Source: Candidatus Poribacteria bacterium (GTDB lineage: Bacteria; Poribacteria; WGA-4E; WGA-3G). From it: 64,000 bases of DNA. Below the pieces are notes generated by a model. The model saw only the letters and a list, made by a program, of their open reading frames with translations, was not told the origin of the DNA and searched no databases. The stretch covers positions 864,001 through 928,000 of the forward strand of contig CAXXUA010000005.1 in assembly GCA_963663765.2 (NCBI GenBank). The letters are read 5' to 3'. The stretch's first letter is position 1. Each line of letters opens with the position of its first letter. The translations under genes were made by a program, and so were the position numbers. Below, one piece after another: positions 57,872 through 64,000 of this stretch.

Positions 57872-58545
57872 ATCTGCCATACTTGTTCTGTCCATGCCAT
57901 CTCCCAGAACAAGTATTCATAACGACTGCTCATCAGAAAATGTTGCTGAAGTCGCTCTTTTTCATCAGAACTACATTCAGTTGTAATGTCGTTTAACAAG
58001 TTGCGTAACCATTCACCTAAAGCAAGGAATTCAGCAGAAGCATACATATCTATCCATTCTTGGTAAAACGGTTCAGGAGAACCTCCTTGTTCAGCAAGTG
58101 ATGTACCGATCTCTGCATAACCCCATTGGCACGGAAGTACCCCAGCGATCACATCTGCTAAAGTGCCAACTTGTGCCACGTGGAGTATGTGCCGCGTATA
58201 CGCATGCGTTGTCGGTGCAACCGGTGCCGATTCCATCTCAGCGGGAGAAATACCGAACTTCTCACAATACCCACGATGCAAATCCATCTCCGTGTTTAAC
58301 GTCTCGTTGAGTAGTTGTGAAAAGAGTGCCATTGTTGCTTCATCATGTGCTTTGATAACGCCATAAGCAAATACACGACTATAGTCTAATAGAAACAGGT
58401 AATCCTGGATCAGATAGTATTTGAACTTTTTCTTCGGCAACGTCCCATCTGCAATGCCGCGAACAAATGGATGCCTAAGATCCGCCTGCCAGATGGGTGA
58501 CGCAAATTGCCGCAACGCATCGGTGAATTTTGTATGTTGTGTCAT
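57868..58545 (-). CDS. tenA: Thiaminase II
   Basis: HPFV, YLIQDY, AYTRH, LPCQWGY, WIDMY and EYLFWEMA motifs. Confidence 0.93.
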   Translation of the reverse strand: MTQHTKFTDALRQFASPIWQADLRHPFVRGIADGTLPKKKFKYYLIQDYLFLLDYSRVFAYGVIKAHDEATMALFSQLLNETLNTEMDLHRGYCEKFGISPAEMESAPVAPTTHAYTRHILHVAQVGTLADVIAGVLPCQWGYAEIGTSLAEQGGSPEPFYQEWIDMYASAEFLALGEWLRNLLNDITTECSSDEKERLQQHFLMSSRYEYLFWEMAWTEQVWQI

Positions 58546-58644
58546 ATCAACTCCATAGTAACATCGGAAAATGTCGTATTGAATGTGTAAAGAATATCAA
58601 TAAATACCTTGTATATCATAACTTAATACCATAAGGATGTCAAA

Positions 58645-59559
58645 ATGTTTGAAAGACTGGGGATCGTCACCAACATCTGGACAAATGAGATAGCTAACGG
58701 TGAACGATTTGATGATCTGATGCTGGAATTCGGTGAAAATGGATTTAGAGACATGGAGGTGCGCGAAGGTCAATACCTGCGAAACTCCGAATTCGGAAGA
58801 ACCATTCAAAAAATAGAAAACGCAATACCTGAATACACAAATAAAGAGTTCAAGAATATCTGCAACGACTTGTGGGGTAAGGGTTTTGATCCGAATGAGA
58901 CAAAACATTCCGCACTATTTACAGAGGTTGCAGGCTTCGTTGAAAAAGCATCGGGATTGACTTTGAGCTACGCAATGTCACATCCGTGGCTATCCAAACC
59001 TACCGATATTGATATAGACACACAAAAAATCATCGTCGCCAAGAAGTTGGCATATCTACTATGTCCTTCACGCGCAAGATTGCGTCTTGTAGATTTGGAA
59101 ACTGAAGGTGAAATTGACCACAATACAGCAATTTCCAACCTAAAACGCTATAAATCGCTATTACCGGAGTATCCGATGATTTTCGCTGTGGAAAATGCAA
59201 GGCAGGCAGCAACATTCACCATGCAACTTGCAATTGCAGGTGGCGCGAAATTGACCTATGACGAAACAAATACCTACCGTAGTGACGGCACAACTCTAAA
59301 TCCACCTGAAGCGTTTTGGAAGAATGTCAAAATGGATGACCTTACGTCTGTTCATTTCAAACAGAAAACAGAAGACGGTGTGTTATCTGAAGTAGGTAGT
59401 GGGTATGTGGATTTCAAAGCAATTGCACAACGATTGCAGACAGCAAACTATGAGGGAGACCTACTGCTTGAAAACGCACCAACCACTCATTCGTTGAAAG
59501 ATGCAATAAACAGTAGGGAATATTTTACTCACCTGTTGACTGAAATTAACCAACGATGA
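58645..59559 (+). CDS. Xylose-isomerase-like TIM-barrel protein
   Basis: AVEN, TYD, VHFK, GYVDF and LLLE motifs. Confidence 0.7.
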   Translation: MFERLGIVTNIWTNEIANGERFDDLMLEFGENGFRDMEVREGQYLRNSEFGRTIQKIENAIPEYTNKEFKNICNDLWGKGFDPNETKHSALFTEVAGFVEKASGLTLSYAMSHPWLSKPTDIDIDTQKIIVAKKLAYLLCPSRARLRLVDLETEGEIDHNTAISNLKRYKSLLPEYPMIFAVENARQAATFTMQLAIAGGAKLTYDETNTYRSDGTTLNPPEAFWKNVKMDDLTSVHFKQKTEDGVLSEVGSGYVDFKAIAQRLQTANYEGDLLLENAPTTHSLKDAINSREYFTHLLTEINQR

Positions 59560-59584
59560 CCAACTCACTTATTGTAACACAGGA

Positions 59585-59992
59585 TTATAAAACTTCTCTG
59601 ATTTTCGCGGCAATTCCACCGATTTCTTCAATATCGCCTTCACTCGGTTTCCACGGCAACCGCAAAGGGTCGTCCTCCCATCGCGGAATCAGATGCAGAT
59701 GAAAATGAAAGACTGTCTGAAAACCTGCCGCTTCATTGGATTGGAATAGGTTAAGTCCGTCTGGCTTCAACGTTTCCCGAATTGCTGTAGCAAGTGGCAC
59801 CGCAGCTTCCATAATTTTGCTGCCAACCTCCACTGGCATATCATAAATATTCCGATAATGTTGCTTCGGAATAATGAGGAGGTGTCCAGGGTTGGCAGGG
59901 GCAATGTCCATAAAAGCAAAAACATGCTCGTTTTCATACACCTTTGCAGAGGGTATCTTACCCGCAACAATCGCACAAAAAATACATTCCAT
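59585..59992 (-). CDS. HIT family protein
   Basis: CIFC, GHLLIIPK and QTVFHFHLHLIPR motifs. Confidence 0.95.
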   Translation of the reverse strand: MECIFCAIVAGKIPSAKVYENEHVFAFMDIAPANPGHLLIIPKQHYRNIYDMPVEVGSKIMEAAVPLATAIRETLKPDGLNLFQSNEAAGFQTVFHFHLHLIPRWEDDPLRLPWKPSEGDIEEIGGIAAKIREVL

Positions 59993-60249
59993 AATTTTAT
60001 AACTCCACATATATTTACAGCATGTTAGCAAATTTAGGTCTGAATTTCAACAATTTATCTGAATTCAGACAAAATAAATTTGACGTGTTTCTTACTGTAT
60101 GATACCCTTTAAAACATCCCCAAGTGGTATTCTATTTAGATCTCATAAAGATACTGATATTTCTGAAACTTATTAACATTTAGTGTCGTTTTAAATAGCG
60201 AAACTGTTACAGAATTCCTTTGACGAATATGCAAAGGAGGCATTTTGTC

Positions 60250-60867
60250 ATGGCGCGACAAGCCAAAAATGAACTCTCGGCTACAGAAGATACTTATTTG
60301 GCAACACAAGCCAAAGAAGGCAACGAAGCTGCGTTTAGCCAACTTTTTGAAAAACACTATCATTGGGTATATAGCAAAGCTTATCGCATGCTATCAGATC
60401 ACCAAGATACAGAAGAAGTTAGTCTGGATGTGTTTACAAAAGTCTGGCAAAAATTGCAGAACGATAAGTGGGACCCAAAAAAGGGAAGTTTCCAAGCCTG
60501 GTTAAATATAGTAGCCAAACATACAGTTATTGATGCAATACGTAGAAGGGATAGAATCCGTGAATCCCTACTCACACTTGAAGAGCAAGATGATAGACCA
60601 CTCAATGAGTTTGAAGATGCGCGCCCTGGCCCAGACAAACACATCATCGCCCAAGAAGCACAAGAAATCTTGGAAAATGCACTGGAACAGGTCACAAAAC
60701 CAAACCACCGTATCGCATGGATATTACGACATTTAGAAGGATGCAGTGTCGCTGAAATTTCACGAATTTTAAACAGAAAAGATGGCACCGTCAAAATATG
60801 GATATTCAGGTGCACACAAGAATTACGTCAAATTTTAGTCAATAAAGGTATCCAATGGATTCATTAG
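60250..60867 (+). CDS. ECF RNA polymerase sigma factor
   Basis: AAGGAGG RBS; DVFTKVW, FQAWL and SVAEISRIL..GTVKIWIFR motifs. Confidence 0.92.
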   Translation: MARQAKNELSATEDTYLATQAKEGNEAAFSQLFEKHYHWVYSKAYRMLSDHQDTEEVSLDVFTKVWQKLQNDKWDPKKGSFQAWLNIVAKHTVIDAIRRRDRIRESLLTLEEQDDRPLNEFEDARPGPDKHIIAQEAQEILENALEQVTKPNHRIAWILRHLEGCSVAEISRILNRKDGTVKIWIFRCTQELRQILVNKGIQWIH

Positions 60868-60894
60868 AATTACTTAACATGGAGGATTAACTTT

Positions 60895-61536
60895 ATGCGG
60901 TTTTTTAGTAAAACGCCTAAGTCCCCTCGGTATACCGATACCGATAGAAAAGAATCTGAGATATTAGAAGCATATACCTGCTGGTTGAAGAACGAAAAAC
61001 TTAGCCGAAAGCAGAAAAATCTTCTAAAGAACATACAGGAATCAACGCATTTTCACAATTTGAAAGAATTGGTTGATTTTGCACACTATCGTTTCCAGGA
61101 AACAGCAAGCATTACACCTTGTCCCGGTTCAAAGGAACGTGTCGCAGAGAAATTGATGGAAGCCATCAGAGGTGAAGCATCAGGAACTACTGCCGAATTG
61201 CCGGCAGCCCTTACCCCACAGCCCGCATACAGTCCACAAGCAATGGGTAACGTAGATACCGATGTATTCCCAACAACGAAAACACCTCCCACAGACGAGG
61301 AGTTGAACCTATGGCAAAATCTTGAAACGAGTAAAAAGGCTGATATCCGGACACTTGCACATCTGAATCTCTCCTTTGAGATACAAGATGACGAAGTTTC
61401 TATCACAGATTTAGGAAGTTCAACACCAACGTATGTTGAAGGCGTTCGCGTAAAAGATACCGCACCCATTGAAGAAGGTTCAGAGTTTAAGTGTGGAGAT
61501 ATTACATTCCAAGTAATTGATATCAAGGACTCATAA
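60895..61536 (+). CDS. Soluble protein with a C-terminal partial FHA-like domain, candidate anti-sigma factor
   Basis: GGAGG RBS; ITDLGSSTPTYVEG.RV...I..G..F.CG; no TM. Confidence 0.65.
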   Translation: MRFFSKTPKSPRYTDTDRKESEILEAYTCWLKNEKLSRKQKNLLKNIQESTHFHNLKELVDFAHYRFQETASITPCPGSKERVAEKLMEAIRGEASGTTAELPAALTPQPAYSPQAMGNVDTDVFPTTKTPPTDEELNLWQNLETSKKADIRTLAHLNLSFEIQDDEVSITDLGSSTPTYVEGVRVKDTAPIEEGSEFKCGDITFQVIDIKDS

Positions 61537-61557
61537 ATTATCTTAGGTGGAATAGGG

Positions 61558-61631
61558 GGAGGAGTTAAAGAAATTACATCACACTTACATGATGCAATGT
61601 GATGTAATCCTACTCCTCCTTTTGTTCTTTT
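61558..61631 (+). terminator. Long hairpin followed by a T-run
   Basis: GGAGGAGT..ATTACATCACA / TGTGATGTAAT..ACTCCTCC then TTTTT. Confidence 0.55.
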
Positions 61632-61655
61632 TTATCTGGTAAAATCATAGAATCT

Positions 61656-62663
61656 GTGCATAGTCTGTCTTCACTTGCCTTACCCTATTTTCAGCAAGCG
61701 GCAACTTGTTATCAAAAAGCCCAGTATGTTGAAGCAATTCAACATTACCTATCGGGCTTAAAATATGACCAAAGCCGTTACCATATTTATGCTGACCTCG
61801 CAAAAGCTTATGAGATGGTTGGCAAGTGGGAACAGTCTTTGTTCTATTTAGATATAGCGCTTCAATTATCACCCGACTCACAAACAGTCCATAGACGTAA
61901 AGCACGAATCAAAGAGGAAAAAAGATACTATCAAACACTGATATCTGATAGTAATTTATTAGAGGACGTAACAACCGATTTTGCACCAATTCTAAAAACA
62001 AAAAACGTGGCTCGTCCCCGACAGATAGTAACCTCACAGTCTTTGCAGTTGACAGTGGAACCTGCAGTTTCCCCAAAAACACTCTGTCATATCTACCAAC
62101 TCATAAAAAAAACGAACAACGAAGTCGGCACAAAACTTGGCTGCCATCCACAGCACCAAATTCACATCGCAATCATAAATACTTATGACTTACCTACGCA
62201 GACACTTATACCAAAATGGGCAAGTGGATGCTACGATGGAAAAATACAGGTGCACTACTGTGCTGACGGTGAACCGGAATTGGGTGTTTTATATACCCTC
62301 ATTCGGCATGAATGGACGCATTTACTGATTGATATGTTAACATACGGGAATTGCCCTATTTGGCTCAACGAAGGACTTGCACAAACAATATCTCGCCCCT
62401 TGTTCTCTTTTGAAAAACTAACTTTACACCACGCAAACAAAAAGGAAACTCTACCAACAATTTCAGATCTGAGTCAACCTTACTCTGAACTTCCAACCTC
62501 ACAACGCAAAATCGCCTATCTCCAATCTGCAGCAATTGTTGCTAACCTAATTGACGAAGGTGGTTTCTCTTCTATCCAACAAATCCTTCACCATTTAGGA
62601 AACGGCACGACGATTGAAACTGCAATGCAGCAAACATATCAAAAACATGTAATTCCCAATTAA
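61656..62663 (+). CDS. TPR plus peptidase MA-like metallopeptidase-domain protein
   Basis: N-terminal TPRs; PKWASG, HEWTH, PIWLNEGLA and AYLQS motifs. Confidence 0.85.
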   Translation: MHSLSSLALPYFQQAATCYQKAQYVEAIQHYLSGLKYDQSRYHIYADLAKAYEMVGKWEQSLFYLDIALQLSPDSQTVHRRKARIKEEKRYYQTLISDSNLLEDVTTDFAPILKTKNVARPRQIVTSQSLQLTVEPAVSPKTLCHIYQLIKKTNNEVGTKLGCHPQHQIHIAIINTYDLPTQTLIPKWASGCYDGKIQVHYCADGEPELGVLYTLIRHEWTHLLIDMLTYGNCPIWLNEGLAQTISRPLFSFEKLTLHHANKKETLPTISDLSQPYSELPTSQRKIAYLQSAAIVANLIDEGGFSSIQQILHHLGNGTTIETAMQQTYQKHVIPN

Positions 62664-62721
62664 CAAAACCGGACAACACAAACTTCGTTCTTTACTTTAC
62701 ATATCTCATTCTCCCTCCATC

Positions 62722-63216
62722 ATGACAAAATTAGATATCGCTATCATCATCATTGTCGGCATTGCGGGGTTTAGTTGCTACAAGGGGGGTTTTACGCGAA
62801 GTGTATGGGGTATATTTGCACTCGGCGCAGGCCTTGTCGTCGCAAGCCAATTATGGCAGCACCTCGCCATCCCCATCCAAAAACTTATCACACATGAAGA
62901 AATCGCAAAATGGATCAGTATTATTGTCCTGATTGCTATCACCTCCATAATTGTTGATACCGTTTTTGAACGGATACACCAAATTTTTGATAAGGGTATT
63001 TTGGGATGGCTAAACAGTCTACTTGGCTTAGCGGCAGGCGTTGCATCAAGTGTGCTTATTATTGCGCTGCTACTCCATTTCGTCAATCCACATCGCAGCG
63101 ATTTCCTCAAAGATGAAGTAGATAACTCCATTTTCGCTTCACGTCTGACAGAACTTGGTGAAAATGTCTGGGCATTTGGCAAAGAGAATGTCAAAAAACA
63201 CCTCGAACCTGAATGA
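62722..63216 (+). CDS. CvpA (colicin V production) family membrane protein
   Basis: LDIAII..GF.R and LNSLLGLAAG pattern; four TM helices. Confidence 0.85.
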   Translation: MTKLDIAIIIIVGIAGFSCYKGGFTRSVWGIFALGAGLVVASQLWQHLAIPIQKLITHEEIAKWISIIVLIAITSIIVDTVFERIHQIFDKGILGWLNSLLGLAAGVASSVLIIALLLHFVNPHRSDFLKDEVDNSIFASRLTELGENVWAFGKENVKKHLEPE

Positions 63217-63362
63217 TATAACAGAATAAGTAATGGATGCGGCTTGTCTACTACAGTAAAAAATCCATACAAAATATCTCAATGCATGCCTTTGTGTTAT
63301 GTGTTGTTTTACTTCCAGACTACATCTGATCCACATTCGTTAATGTCGATTAATTCGATATA

Positions 63363-63518
63363 TAGTAAAACATATAATTAATTAGACATTTTGAGCATCA
63401 AACTTTTAGTTTGTGCAGATGTGGACACAAACTAAAAGTTTGTGCTACTACACCTCTGTTAGGTTCGGTTTCCTAACCGAACCTAACAGAGGTGTCCAAG
63501 TAATTCTAAAGTCTACTA
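63363..63518. mobile_element. TA-flanked (IS630-like) MITE with two long internal hairpins
   Basis: Ends match 42116-42281 (inverted); the interior differs. Confidence 0.75.
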
Positions 63519-63684
63519 TAAACATTTTGTCAACTCGTCTTTTTGAAGCAGGGGTTGCCAATCTAAAGAACCCTGAATTTGCTGTGGTTCACTTTCGTAT
63601 CATGCAATACATCCACTGCAGTCCTGTGCGAATCAATTAGAGAAACTAATGTATCAATCGGAACAAGAATAACAACATAATATA

Positions 63685-63971
63685 ACGTGAGTTTGATAAT
63701 TAAAATTGGTAAATAGAGATCCTCTTTGTTATTATGAAGTAAACCAATATACTTACATAAGGAGTTCTCTGATGGATATCATAACACTTTTCTGTAAAAT
63801 TGACGATTTTATTCTTGCGTATCAACAATATCTAGCAAAACACCAGTTGCTGCGTTGATCGCTTATACCTATTTGAAGAAAAAACCCTCACTCAAACGCA
63901 AAGAACTCAAGGATATTAATTATCCGTTTCCAATGATATGTAACAACTAAAACTATTTATCAAACTCACGT
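63685..63971 (+). mobile_element. Internally deleted IS982-family element
   Basis: Perfect TIR ACGTGAGTTTGATAA; MDIITLFCKIDDF N-terminus joined to an LIAYTYLKKKPSL C-terminus. Confidence 0.85.
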
Positions 63972-64000
63972 TAGGTAAGGTTTAGGGTCCACAGCGTGTT

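Noticed and set aside
58546-58644. TPP riboswitch upstream of tenA
   Set aside because: The 99-bp AT-rich divergent intergenic region lacks the CTGAGA core.
1-64000. tRNA/rRNA genes
   Set aside because: No cloverleaf or rRNA-like segments were recognised by eye; a covariance-model scan would be needed to exclude them fully.

Overview
64-kb AT-rich (about 40% GC by eye) bacterial chromosomal segment. The gene content (TPR+LamG proteins, a LamG protein ending in AVTPQDKLATSWGKLK, two PhyH dioxygenases, a dockerin-tailed protein, many sugar dehydrogenases/isomerases) suggests Ca. Poribacteria; this is inference. Housekeeping genes: glgC, hisB, glgP, purN, nagA, fdhD, tsaB, aroA, tenA, a PhoR-like kinase, a HIT protein, a CvpA-family gene and two ECF sigma loci. 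Accessory content: a single-chain type IIG/ISP-like restriction-modification enzyme facing a cluster of DUF4926, PD-(D/E)XK, TIR/NDT-like, GIY-YIG-like and DUF433 genes; an Rpn nuclease with an internal RBS followed by a stand-alone copy of its C-terminal (RpnS-like) ORF; two decayed BrnT/BrnA-type TA pairs; an ISKra4/ISLre2-like IS; an IS982 deletion derivative; and probably the start of a TnpB gene at the left edge. The intergenic DNA holds at least six MITE end families that nest in one another and carry GTAG-type REP hairpins. One 142-bp element appears to duplicate the whole 19-20-bp hairpin it inserts at and forms a repeat-unit array. A ~34-bp single-hairpin unit recurs just 3' of REP GTAG motifs. 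No rRNA, tRNA or CRISPR array was seen. All calls were made by eye, without database searches.
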